A stretch of DNA of 64,000 nt from Piromyces finnis finn (Eukaryota; Fungi; Neocallimastigomycota), in the NCBI GenBank assembly GCA_002104945.1, contig MCFH01000039.1, positions 462,827 through 526,826 on the forward strand, given 5' to 3'. The translations under genes were made by a program, and so were the position numbers. Below the pieces are notes generated by a model, which was not told where the DNA came from, searched no databases, and worked only from the letters and a program-made list of their open reading frames with translations. Shown piece after piece: positions 51,593-64,000 of this stretch. Positions within the stretch are counted from its first letter, which is position 1. Each line of letters opens with the position of its first letter.

Positions 51593-54240
51593 TCATGTTA
51601 TACAATAAGAATGGATCAAATTTAGGTACTTTTCATTGTAATAATAACAATGAAATTTATGTGACCGCTGTACACGATAAAAAGACAAAAAACAAAATGC
51701 TAAAATATATTCATAGCATAAATAAATTAAATGAACAAAATCTGTTAAATCATTAAAACTATTTCTTCTATATAATTTTTTACATTGTTTTTGACATTCG
51801 GAATTATTTAATATTACTTTGCATTTAGCCTTTTCAGTTGTTTTTCCAACTATGGAATTAACATCCAATATGTCATTGCTACATTCATTAAAAATTTTAC
51901 AATCACATATTTCACTGGATGAATCATTATATTTCACCTTATGTTTAAAAGCTTCATTTTCTGGGTTACATAAATAATTAATTTCATCTTCACTATAATT
52001 ATAATCATATGTTTCATAATCTTTACATATTTTATTTTTTGTTAAAGTAACCTCTAAATCTGGTTTATTATCTAATAAATACAAATAAAAATCGATGAAT
52101 ATATCCGAATCTCTATATTTATTTAAATTGCAATATTTAAATATTAATTTACAATCTTCTTCGGATTGATTCATAAAAAGATCATAATCCATATTATCAT
52201 CATCAAAATGTTTGAGATATATTTTTCCTAATTGATCATCATCATCTTTCTCTTCTTCAATATTAATAATAGAAGTTGGATCTAATTTTAAATCAAAATT
52301 AATAAAACTCTTATTTGAATCATCATAATAATTCTCATCTTTAAATTCCTCCCCATAAATACCTACAGGTTTGAATAATTCTTCATTTTTTTCCACGAAA
52401 ACTTGAAGATGATTTTTTTCTGATATTTTAAAAATTGCATTATTACTAATACCCCCAGTTTCCGTATTATAAAATATACTATTTCCTCTACCAAATTTAA
52501 TATTTCCGCCATCATTATATATTCTTAAAGCGTACGATTTTAAAATACTGTTTAATGGATTTCTATCTGTAATTTCAATATTTCCCTTTAATTCCATACC
52601 GGTTATAAGTGCAGAATAATAACTTAAAGTTTTATCGTTAATTTCATCCAATAAAGTTACAAACCTATTTTGTTGTCTTAAAAACGAAGATTGATCAATA
52701 TTATTAACACATGAAGAAAGAAAATTTCCTTCAGCTTTTATTGAGTCTGAATCATGTTCATCAGAAAAAAGCATTTTATTTATATTTGTAACAGCTGTAA
52801 CATCAATATCAATATGTATAAGACTTCTTGTATTTTTACTAAAATTATTTTCATCATCTTTATCGTAGCAAGACGTAATTTGATTATATCTTTTAACTTT
52901 TTTATATATTGCAACTTCACATATTTCTTCATCATCTGGACCATTAATAGTGGTTTCTACTGTAAATGAATATGACTTTGACCTTGAATTTTCATCAGTA
53001 GAACCGGAATCAGTAGATTTGCTTTCTCCATAGGTAAATCCAATTTCACCACCATTTGAACTTTCTGTAGTTTTTGATGATGATGATGATCGCTCAATAG
53101 CATTAGATGTTGTTCGAGATCCTCCATTATTTCTAGTTGATTGTTCACTTACAGAAACGGAATCACTAGGGCCTTTTGATCCACCAGTAGAATCAGATTT
53201 TCCTGTTGTATTGTCAGTTGTAGTTCCTGAGGTTTTAGAAAAAGACCCACCAAAATCAGAAGTTGAACTGGAGTTGATTTCACTGGAGGAACTCGAACTT
53301 GTTGAGGTTTGACTACTTGTACTTACACCTGCACCAATTCCAAATACACTTACATTAGCATTACCTTCAATTGATTTTGTTTTAGTTTCTTCATTTGAAG
53401 AAGATAAAGAAAAACTATTTGTAAAACTATTACCCCAATTAGTTCCATTATCAGTAGATTCATTTGTACCTGATGTTGTACTAGAATTTTTTTCATGATT
53501 CCAATTATCTTCACTATGCTTTTCATTTGTATTTGTAATATCTTTCATAAAGCTTTCATCCCAGGTTGTTGTATCATCATTTGAACTCGTGTTGACTACA
53601 GCTGTTTCTATTACATCAGATATAGAGGAACTAAAATTAGTAGAGTTTGAATTTTCTCGATGGTTTTCAATGACAATGGAGCTAGAAGAGGAGTGTGATT
53701 CTTGTACTGAAATACTATAAGATTCATCAAATGTAAGGGAATATGTATAAGAAAACGAGTCCTTTCCTCTAAGAGCCATATTTGTAGTATGTATAAGTTT
53801 CCATCCATTTACAACATTGGCGTTTTTAATCCCGGTCAATTCTTCACTATATGGATTACCTTCAGCACTTTCACTGGTTAATAAATTGCATCTTCTAACA
53901 GATAGGAGAAATGTACTAGATAATTTAATAATAATTTTTTTTTTATTTTATGAATATTATAAAATATGAAAATTTATAATATATTTAATATTTAATATTA
54001 AATTAAGAAAATATATATTAAAAGGTAGCTTAATGTTTTTAAATCCTATGTTTTCCAAATATGATAAATATTAAATGTATTGAAGCAATGGAATATTGAA
54101 CCCTTTTAATTCCGTAAGAACAATGATGTCTATAAACATCAATATGTAACCCATTCATACTAGGAACTTTAGGATCAACACACTTTTGTACTGGCTTATA
54201 GTTCGAAAGGTTTTCTCTATACCATTTATCTGTAAAACAA
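51593..54240 (-). CDS. Probable host multi-exon gene: Ser/Thr-rich protein with a candidate aerolysin/ETX-MTX2-like beta-hairpin and a Cys-rich acidic C-terminal region
   Basis: 748-aa ORF open upstream to ~53915. Probable upstream exon ~54100-54236 (DKWYRENL...CVDPK). The region near 54300-54350 resembles a damaged signal peptide, so the gene may be a pseudogene. Toxin-like call rests on sequence pattern only. Confidence 0.5.
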
Positions 54241-54880
54241 AGAAAAAAAAGATAGAAATTCCTCTTTCGAAACGACATGAGACCTTAAAAAGGTAAACAT
54301 TAAGTCATGATAGAATTATTATTCTAATTACTCTTTTTATCCATTTTTCATTTATATATTTATATAGTAATGAAATCTTATTCAAATTATAAAATTCTAA
54401 TAACTTAATTATACATTATAAAGCGTTAAAAATACACCAACATTATGAATCAATGAAATAAATCGTTGTTTTTTAATATTTTATTTTATTTATTTATAGT
54501 TGATAATTAAATCATTATATTAATGATGAAAAAAAAAATATATAATAATAATTAATAATTATTATTTAATAAAAAATAATAAAATTTTTAATAATAAAAT
54601 AAATAAAATAATAGATTTCAATTATAATAATTAAAATGTAATTTTAATATTTAAAAAAAATGTTTCACTACATAATTATTATTTCTATAGCATAGTAAAT
54701 AAAACTAAATAAAATATAAAATAATTTTTCTTTTCAATTCCTATGTCTATGTCTATAATAAAGTTAAATCGAATAATTTATGTTATTTATGTTTTATATA
54801 TTTTAATAATAAATTTAAATTTTCTAAAAAAAAAAAGGCTTTATTTTCTTTAAATATTTTAAATGTCAAAGATTACGATA

Positions 54881-57800
54881 TTATTTCCAGCATGTACCAA
54901 ATTCAGATTGGCATCCATCTTCAACAGCACAATATTCAGATGACTTACCACACCAACCATATTTACTACAACAGTATCCTTCCATACATTTACCATAGTC
55001 TTTACCACATCTCCATGAATCATCTTCACTTGTCTTCTTTTTATCTTCTTCACTTGGTTTCTTTTTATCTTCAGTTGTAATTATAACACTTTCTTCAGTT
55101 TTTTCTTTTTCAACATTTACTGTAACGGAACTCTCAGTTTTATTATTAAGTATATTGGTTCTTCCGTTACATATACCAAATTCAGATTGACATCCTTCTT
55201 CAACAGCACAATATTCAGAAGACTTACCACACCAACCATATTTACTACAACAATATCCTTCCATACATTTACCATAGCCTTTACCGCATCTCCATGGATT
55301 TTCTCTATTTATAGAGTTTTCTTCAACATCACTATCTTCATTATCACCTTCTGGAATTTCATTTATTTCTTCATCACTGTCTTCATTATCACCTTCTGGA
55401 ATTTCATTTATTTCTTCATCACTATTTTCATCAACTCCAGAAATACCAACATCTTCATTAACTGTAGTAGTTGGTTTAACAATAGTAGTAACAGTAGTAA
55501 CAGTAACTGGTTTAGTGATAATAGTTTTAATAGTAACTGGTCGGGTAATAGTAGAGGTAATAATAACTCGTTTGGTAATAGTAGAGGTAATAGTTTTTTC
55601 TTCAAATACAGTAGTAATTGGTTTAATAGTAACAGTAGTAATTGTAGTTGGTTCAATAGTAGAAGTAGTAATAGTAGTTGATTCAATAGTAGAAGTAATA
55701 ATTGTAGTTGGTTTAGTAATAGTAGCTTCCTCAGTTATAGTAGTTTTTGGCTTAGTAGTGGTGGTGGTAATAGTAGTGTTTGGCTTAGTAGTGGTGGTGG
55801 TAACAGTAGTGTTTGGCTTAGTAGTGGTGGTGGTAACAGTAGTTGTTGTAGTTGTAGTTGCAGTTGTTGCATTATTTTCAACATATTTAATGGTAATCTT
55901 ATCACAGACTGGTTCTTTTTCAAACGTTAATGATATGGTGTATTGGCATTTGTTTTTATCAGACATTTTAATATCATAACTTTCGATAGTATTACCGGAT
56001 TCACTTGAAACTTCAATATTTTCGTTATTTAAAGCAAATTCCTCTTTTTCACAATTTTCATCTGATAATGTAACTAGAGTAATTAATTTATTACCTTCAA
56101 CTTTAGTATTGTTTGAATCTACGTTTCCTCCTTCAAATTCTACTTCTGTTTTACAAGTAGTAGGGGTTGTAGCGGTAGTTGTAGTGGTGGTGGTGGTGGT
56201 AACAGTAGTTGTTGTAGCTGTAGTTGCAGTTGTTGCATTATTTTCAACATATTTAATGGTAATCTTATCACAGACTGGTTCTTTTTCAAACGTTAATGAT
56301 ATGGTGTATTGGCATTTGTTTTTATCAGACATTTTAATATCATAACTTTCGATAGTATTACCGGATTCACTTGAAACTTCAATATTTTCGTTATTTAAAG
56401 CCAATCCCTCTTTTTCACAATTTTCATCTGATAATGTAACTAGAGTAATTAATTTGTTACCTTCAACTTTAGTATTGTTTATATCTACGTTTCTTCCTTC
56501 AAATTCTACTTCTGTTTCACAAGTAGTAGGGGTTGCAGCGGTAGTTGTAGTGGTGGTGGTGGTGGTAACAGTAGTTGTTGTAGTTGTAGTTGTAGTTGTT
56601 GCATTATTTTCAACATATTTAATGGTAATCTTATCACAGACTGGTTCTTTTTCAAATGTTAATGATATGGTGTATTGGCATTTGTTTTTATCAGACATTT
56701 TAATATCATAACTTTCGATAATATTACCGGATTCACTTGAAACTTCAATATTTTCTTTATTTAAAGCAAATTCCTCTTTTTCACAATTTTCATCTGATAA
56801 TGTAACTAGAGTAATTAATTCGTTACCTTCAACTTTAGTATTGTTTATATCTACGTTTCTTCCTTCAAATTCTACTTCTGTTTCACAAGTAGTAGGGGTT
56901 GCAGCGGTAGTTGTAGTGGTGGTGGTGGTGGTAACAGTAGTTGTTGTAGTTGTAGTTGTAGTTGTTGCATTATTTTCAACATATTTAATGGTAATCTTAT
57001 CACAGACTGGTTCTTTTTCAAATGTTAATGATATGGTGTATTGGCATTTGTTTTTATCAGACATTTCAATATCATAACTTTCGATAGTATTACCGGATTC
57101 ACTTGAAACCATGATATCATCCTTATTTAAGATACCATTTTCACAGTATTCCTCCTTTGGGAGGGTAACAATACTAGTTAAGTCATTACCTTTAACAGTA
57201 ACTTCATTTGGAATTACTTCACCGAAATTTATATATTCTACTTCATTTTCACACTTTTCTTCAACACGTCTAACGGTAATCTTATCACAGACTGGTTCTT
57301 TTTCAAATGTTAATGATATGGTGTATTGGCATTTGTTTTTATCAGACATTTCAATATCATAACTTTCGATAGTATTACCGGATTCACTTGAAACCATGAT
57401 ATCATCCTTATTTAAGATACCATTTTCACAGTATTCCTCCTTTGGGAGGGTAACAATACTAGTTAAGTCATTACCTTTAACAGTAACTTCATTTGGAATT
57501 ACTTCACCGAAATTTATATATTCTACTTCATTTTCACACTTTTCTTCAACACGTCTAACGGTAATCTTATCACAGACTGGTTCTTTTTCAAATGTTAATG
57601 ATATGGTGTATTGGCATTTGTTTTTATCAGACATTTCAATATCATAACTTTCGATAGTATTACCGGATTCACTTGAAACCATGATATCATCCTTATTTAA
57701 GATACCATTTTCACAGTATTCCTCCTTTGGGAGGGTAACAATACTAGTTAAGTCATTACCTTTAACAGTAACTTCATTTGGAATTACTTCACCGAAATTT

Positions 57801-60645
57801 ATATATTCTACTTCATTTTCACACTTTTCTTCAACACGTCTAACGGTAATCTTATCACAGACTGGTTCTTTTTCAAATGTTAATGATATGGTGTATTGGC
57901 ATTTGTTTTTATCAGACATTTCAATATCATAACTTTCGATAGTATTACCGGATTCACTTGAAACCATGATATCATCCTTATTTAAGATACCATTTTCACA
58001 GTATTCCTCCTTTGGGAGGGTAACAATACTAGTTAAGTCATTACCTTTAACAGTAACTTCATTTGGAATTACTTCACCGAAATTTATATATTCTACTTCA
58101 TTTTCACACTTTTCTTCAACACGTCTAACGGTAATCTTATCACAGACTGGTTCTTTTTCAAATGTTAATGATATGGTGTATTGGCATTTGTTTTTATCAG
58201 ACATTTCAATATCATAACTTTCGATAGTATTACCGGATTCACTTGAAACCATGATATCATCCTTATTTAAGATACCATTTTCACAGTATTCCTCCTTTGG
58301 GAGGGTAACAATACTAGTTAAGTCATTACCTTTAACAGTAACTTCATTTGGAATTACTTCACCGAAATTTATATATTCTACTTCATTTTCACACTTTTCT
58401 TCAACACGTCTAACGGTAATCTTATCACAGACTGGTTCTTTTTCAAATGTTAATGATATGGTGTATTGGCATTTGTTTTTATCAGACATTTCAATATCAT
58501 AACTTTCGATAGTATTACCGGATTCACTTGAAACCATGATATCATCCTTATTTAAGATACCATTTTCACAGTATTCCTCCTTTGGGAGGGTAACAATACT
58601 AGTTAAGTCATTACCTTTAACAGTAACTTCATTTGGAATTACTTCACCGAAATTTATATATTCTACTTCATTTTCACACTTTTCTTCAACACGTCTAACG
58701 GTAATCTTATCACAGACTGGTTCTTTTTCAAATGTTAATGATATGGTGTATTGGCATTTGTTTTTATCAGACATTTCAATATCATAACTTTCGATAGTAT
58801 TACCGGATTCACTTGAAACCATGATATCATCCTTATTTAAGATACCATTTTCACAGTATTCCTCCTTTGGGAGGGTAACAATACTAGTTAAGTCATTACC
58901 TTTAACAGTAACTTCATTTGGAATTACTTCACCGAAATTTATATATTCTACTTCATTTTCACACTTTTCTTCAACACGTCTAACGGTAATCTTATCACAG
59001 ACTGGTTCTTTTTCAAATGTTAATGATATGGTGTATTGGCATTTGTTTTTATCAGACATTTCAATATCATAACTTTCGATAGTATTACCGGATTCACTTG
59101 AAACCATGATATCATCCTTATTTAAGATACCATTTTCACAGTATTCCTCCTTTGGGAGGGTAACAATACTAGTTAAGTCATTACCTTTAACAGTAACTTC
59201 ATTTGGAATTACTTCACCGAAATTTATATATTCTACTTCATTTTCACACTTTTCTTCAACACGTCTAACGGTAATCTTATCACAGACTGGTTCTTTTTCA
59301 AATGTTAATGATATGGTGTATTGGCATTTGTTTTTATCAGACATTTCAATATCATAACTTTCGATAGTATTACCGGATTCACTTGAAACTTCAATATTTT
59401 CGTTATTTAAAGCAAATTCCTCTTTTTCACAATTTTCATCTGATAATGTAACTAGAGTAATTAATTCGTTACCTTCAACTTTAGTATTGTTTATATCTAC
59501 GTTTCTTCCTTCAAATTCTACTTCTGTTTCACAAGTAGTAGGGGTTGCAGCGGTAGTTGTAGTGGTGGTGGTGGTGGTAACAGTAGTTGTTGTAGTTGTA
59601 GTTGTGGAGGTGGTGGTAGTACTAATTGAAGAATCAAAATTAGGTAAGCATGCTTTAAATTCGTATAAATCAACTTCTAATGCTGAATTATCGTGATGAT
59701 ACTTTTCTGCTATTACTTGACCATTATGATGACCATTGGAACCAATGATGGTGGCATTTGGTGCTAAAATTGTGCCATGTATCGTAAAACTAGTAATTTT
59801 AATTTCTTCTGCATTTGGAAAATTCCATATAATTTTATTAGCATATTTTTCTAAATTAACAATATTTCCGTCTTTAAAATTATAATTTTTACTCTTCATA
59901 TTAATAATAATTTTATCATAGTTTTCAAGATCTATATTTTTCAAAAATTGTTGATTTGTTATATCATTAAATATTGTTTCATCACCATAATTAATAACAA
60001 GTGTGTTTCCTTCAGTCTAAAAATTATTAAATACGAATATGAAAATTTAGTAAATAAATAAAAATAACTTTTATATTTATTTATTTAACTTACATATGAA
60101 CTATCTAATTTAGCTAAATTATTTGATAAATTTAGCATTTCAGTTTTAACTTCTTCAAATGGGAAAATAGTATTAATATCAGATACTTGAGTTATATTGC
60201 AACCTTGATATCCTACTCCATTTTTATAAATCTCTTGATATGCAACATTAGTCATGAAGGTGATATTGCCTTCAATAGATTTACTAACTAATGAATAATG
60301 ATCAGGAGTTTCACATGAAAGATCATTCCTATCATTACGATTGGTAAGACTTATTATACCATTTATTTTTTCCTTAGCAGCAATTGCACCTCCACCACTA
60401 TGAGCTGAACTATAAGGTGATATAAATTCATTAAATAAAATATAAGAAAATTTTGATATTCCATGTCCAAATGGATCAGTACAAACACTATCTCTTTTAA
60501 TATTTGCTCTTTTTTGATGTAATATATTATTAAAAGATACAGAATTAGTTTTTGAATCTATGGCTCTAGCCTTAATAGTAGCAGTTAAAACTTGAACTAC
60601 TACTATAAAAATTAATATTTTCAAATGATCTCTAAAAAAAATCAT
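54881..60645 (-). CDS. Secreted surface protein (~1,895 aa): signal peptide, choice-of-anchor-A-like domain, Thr linkers, tandem ~95-aa Cys-containing repeats, mucin-like region, two hevein/CBM18 chitin-binding domains; join(60094..60645, 54881..60016)
   Basis: Hydrophobic N-terminus. Phase-0 GTAAGT...TTAG intron at 60017-60093 joins the two ORFs in frame. IIWNFPNA..HGTILAPNA..NGQVIA motif. Two WRCG..G.C..GYCCSKYGWCG..EYC..GCQSEFG.C modules. Confidence 0.88.
57060..59390 (-). repeat. Eight apparently identical 285-bp coding tandem repeats, flanked by four variant units with Thr linkers
   Basis: Identical antisense ORFs recur every 285 bp from 57111 to 59106. Confidence 0.97.
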
Positions 60646-60851
60646 TTTTTAATATAAAATGATAACTAAAATAATCAAATAAAAAAAATTATAATTAAAA
60701 TAATGGTTTTTTTATATAAAATTTGAAAACTATAGAAATATATAACGATAATTTATTTATTAATATATTTTTAAATTTAATAATTATTAAATGTATAAGA
60801 TGGAATAAAAAATAAAGAAAATATTAAAAGAAATCTTTCAAATATATACTT

Positions 60852-61049
60852 TTCATCAAAAATAAGCTTTTCTTTTACATAATAATCCAAATATTTATTT
60901 TAATATACATTTCTATATTCATCAAAAATAAGCTTTTCTTTTACATAATAATCCAAATATTTATTTTAATATACATTTCTATATTCATCAAAAATAAGCT
61001 TTTCTTTTACATAATAATCCAAATATTTATTTTAATATACATTTCTATA
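60852..61049. repeat. 66-bp tandem repeat, 3 copies, upstream of the adhesin gene
   Basis: TTCATCAAAAATAAGC... recurs at 60852, 60918 and 60984. Confidence 0.95.
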
Positions 61050-61119
61050 TAATAAAGTCAATCCTTTTTTAATTAAAAACTTTCTATACATTAACAATAT
61101 TCTATTTAAATATATAAAT

Positions 61120-61870
61120 AAATTTATTTTACTATATAATAAATATTTTTATTAAATTAATACGAATATCCCACTATATAGAATCTTAATTACCATTTAT
61201 TTTTTATTTCTTTATAAGAAAAGTTGTGGCAATTCATTTATAAAAAAGAGTTTATAATTTAATTTTATCTTTATCAAATCAAAATCTTTCAATTAAAAAA
61301 AAAATTTTTTTAAATATTAAAAAAAGATGGTATTTAAATTAAATTACAAATGACCAAAGTTTTTTATTGACGATATATAATATGATTGTATTGTTAATAT
61401 ATTTTTAATATATTATCTATATATTAAAATATAATTTATTATTAGGTTTTTTTTTTGGTAATCAATTTTTACTAATTTATTTTACTATAGAATAAATATT
61501 TATATTAAAGTAATACAAATATCACACTATAGTATCTTAATTACTATTTATTTATTATTTCTTTATACTATTATTGCTTTATATTATTATTGCTTTGTCT
61601 TATTATTTCTTTATAAGAAAAGTTGTGGCAATTCATTTATAAAAAAGAGTTTATAATTTAATTTTATCTTTATCAAATCAAAATCTTTCAATTAAAAAAA
61701 AAATTTTTTTAAATATTAAAAAAAGATGGTATTTAAATTAAATTACAAATGACCAAAGTTTTTTATTGACGATATATAATATGATTGTATTGTTAATATA
61801 TTTTTAATATATTATCTATATATTAAAATATAATTTATTATTAGGTTTTTTTGGTAATCAATTTTTTACT
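61120..61870. repeat. ~400-bp tandem duplication with a ~260-bp near-identical core
   Basis: TTTCTTTATAAGAAAAGTTGTGGC...GGTAATCAATTTTT occurs at ~61207 and ~61606. Confidence 0.9.
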
Positions 61871-63399
61871 TTTTTTACATCAATTTAATATATTATTAGT
61901 AAAATCATCCATCAATTGCTATCTTCTTTTTTTAGGTTTTATTAATATGAATAATGTAACAAAACAAGAAAAAATAACTTTTTCTTTATATTTAGATGAT
62001 GGAGGTATAAAATAAAAAATGAACTTTTATTAAAAGAAGGTACAGTATTAAATTTTTATTTTATTAAAATGAATTATATATTAATGTAATAAATATAATA
62101 TATAAAATAAATAAATAAAATATTTATCATTATAATTTTAAATGAGTTTATTAAATATTAATAACACCATTAACACTATATCTATTACTATTACTATAAA
62201 TAAAATAAAAAAAAAGAATGTTTCAGAAAATGTAATACACCATAAAATACATAATATTTCAAATAATACTTTTCATTTAAAATCACAATATAATTATTTG
62301 ATACATCATAATTATTATTTTTGTATTTTTCATTCTTCTGTAAATTAAAAGTAAATAATAGTTATAATAGTTTATTTATATTTTGAAGATAAATAAAAAT
62401 AACACCAGCAAGAAGTAGCAGGAATATTAATTACAATTACAATAATTAAATGATTTTTTACAATATGAAAATATGTATTATGATTAATAAAAATTGTAAT
62501 AAAAAAAATTCATTTATAAAATACAACTTTAAAATTAACACTTTACTATAAATATAATGTATATATATAAAATATAATTCTATTTTATATAATTTTAAAA
62601 TACAGAATATTTGATTTGATTAGTTAAATGACATATAATAAAACAAAGGTATAGTTAAATAATTAAAAAGATTTATATTGTATATTGAAAAATTAGAAAA
62701 TTGATAAATTAATTATCATTTAAATTATTCATTGATTATTTTTAATTATTTTAATAATTTTATATGAAAGAAATATTAAAGTTAAAAACTCATTATTATA
62801 AGATGAAAGAACTAAAAATTATATTTTAAAATACAATTTTATTAAAAATCAATTTTATTTATTTATAAAATGTTATAATAAATAATTTCTTTTCAATAAC
62901 AAATAATAAATGTACTTAGTATATTCATTTAAATTAAAAAAAGTATTCTATGTTTCGTTAAATCATTCATCTATTATTGCTTTTCTTTATATATAAAAAA
63001 AAAAGATTTCATATCATAAAAAGAAAACATTTTTTCCAGATTTAAAAAAATTAAAATATATAATAAAAAAAATGGCTTTTAGTTTATATTAAAAAAAATT
63101 GACACTTACATTTTTATTAAATTAAATGAATGATTATAATATGCGATGAATCTATTAATTATTATATAAATAAAATCATATAATTATTAAATTAAAAAAA
63201 AAAAATAAAATCAATGTATTATCATTTAAATATTGACATTTAAATCATTGACACACAAATTTCTAATTACTGTTAAAAAAATACTTTTATAGATGTACAT
63301 TATAATATTTCATATGATGTATTATTTTAATATTAAAAATTATAAATATGTATAAATGATTTAGAAGAAGATTTTATGAAAAGATTTTTGAATATCATT

Positions 63400-63740
63400 T
63401 TTAATTAATAAATAAAATTGAATATCAAATATATAATATATTCATAATTATAATAATATATGGAATATAATATAATGCATTTTACAATAAATTTAAATTA
63501 AGTATTACTATATAAGGAAAAAGCAATGTCATACAAATAAGTATTACAATAAAGTGTAACTCTACATTTAATAATGAATTAATATAATATTATTATTTAA
63601 GAATGTAATGAAATATGTACATGAATTCTATAAATAATTATATACATAATGTATTATAATGTATATTAATTATTATATTATTATTATGAAATATTTGATA
63701 TATATTTTTAAATATGAAATTACATATTTTAAATAGGAAA
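63400..63740. repeat. Diverged LTR fragment related to the 13628/20656 LTR
   Basis: Shares TATTACTATATAAGGAAA, ATACAAATAAGTATTACAATAAA and GAAATATGTACATGAATTCTATAA in the same order. Confidence 0.8.
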
Positions 63741-64000
63741 AAAAAGGTGTTAGTTTTATGTAGAAAGAATTTTAAATTAGTCTGTTATTGTCTTAAACTA
63801 TCTAAATATAAAACAAGATGCCTTTTTAATAATAAATTTGTTTGTTTATACTATATACATGTCTTATTTAAATAATTAATTGACTAATGATATGCCTGTT
63901 TGGTTTATATTAATCATTTGTATTAGATATTTTAAGAAGTTAAAAACTTCTTCATCATTAATTTATACAAAAGCACTAATTAAGTAATATCATATAATAT

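Larger units (their letters stand above)
43700..51756 (+). mobile_element. Second copia family: gag (44140-44390 + 50478 onward) and protease, split by the gypsy insertion and truncated before integrase
   Basis: Reading frame restored across the GAGTC TSD (GMES|AFLM). DDPMEIDF, CAICEKNRHTTNEC and WLYDSGA present. LTR start approximate. Confidence 0.88.

Noticed and set aside
57111-59357. Eight identical 83-aa plus-strand ORFs and other Val/Leu/Ile-rich ORFs
   Set aside because: Antisense shadows of the repeat protein and of Asn/Thr-rich TE ORFs.
57060-59390. CRISPR-like array
   Set aside because: Units are contiguous, in-frame coding repeats with no unique spacers, in a eukaryotic context.
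62142-62348. 68-aa ORF as a host gene
   Set aside because: Low-complexity Asn/Ile/Lys sequence in near-pure AT DNA with no domain or splice support.

Overview
Extremely AT-rich eukaryotic DNA, most likely an anaerobic gut fungus (Neocallimastigomycota). This is inferred from base composition, short GT-AG introns and hevein/CBM18 repeats. Positions 1 to about 51,750 are a nested retrotransposon island. It holds three Ty1/copia pieces (two near-identical), one APE-RT LINE, two near-complete Ty3/gypsy elements (13628-21225 tRNA-primed; 44391-50472 chromovirus), several decayed gypsy fragments, and ten or more solo-LTR-like TG..CA inserts, several with 5-bp target-site duplications (TSDs). Positions 51.6-60.6 kb carry two probable host genes on the minus strand. 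One is a Ser/Thr-rich protein with a possible aerolysin-like hairpin. The other is a ~1,895-aa secreted protein with a choice-of-anchor-A-like domain, identical 95-aa repeats and two chitin-binding modules. The most interesting signals are non-coding: a Tf1-type self-priming structure in two LTR elements, a covarying hairpin just before the polypurine tract (PPT) in four gypsy 3' ends, copia primer-binding sites (PBS) matching the anticodon arm of tRNA-Lys(CUU), and a hairpin-rich solo-LTR family that appears to join unrelated elements. All analysis was by eye; boundaries without TSD support are approximate.
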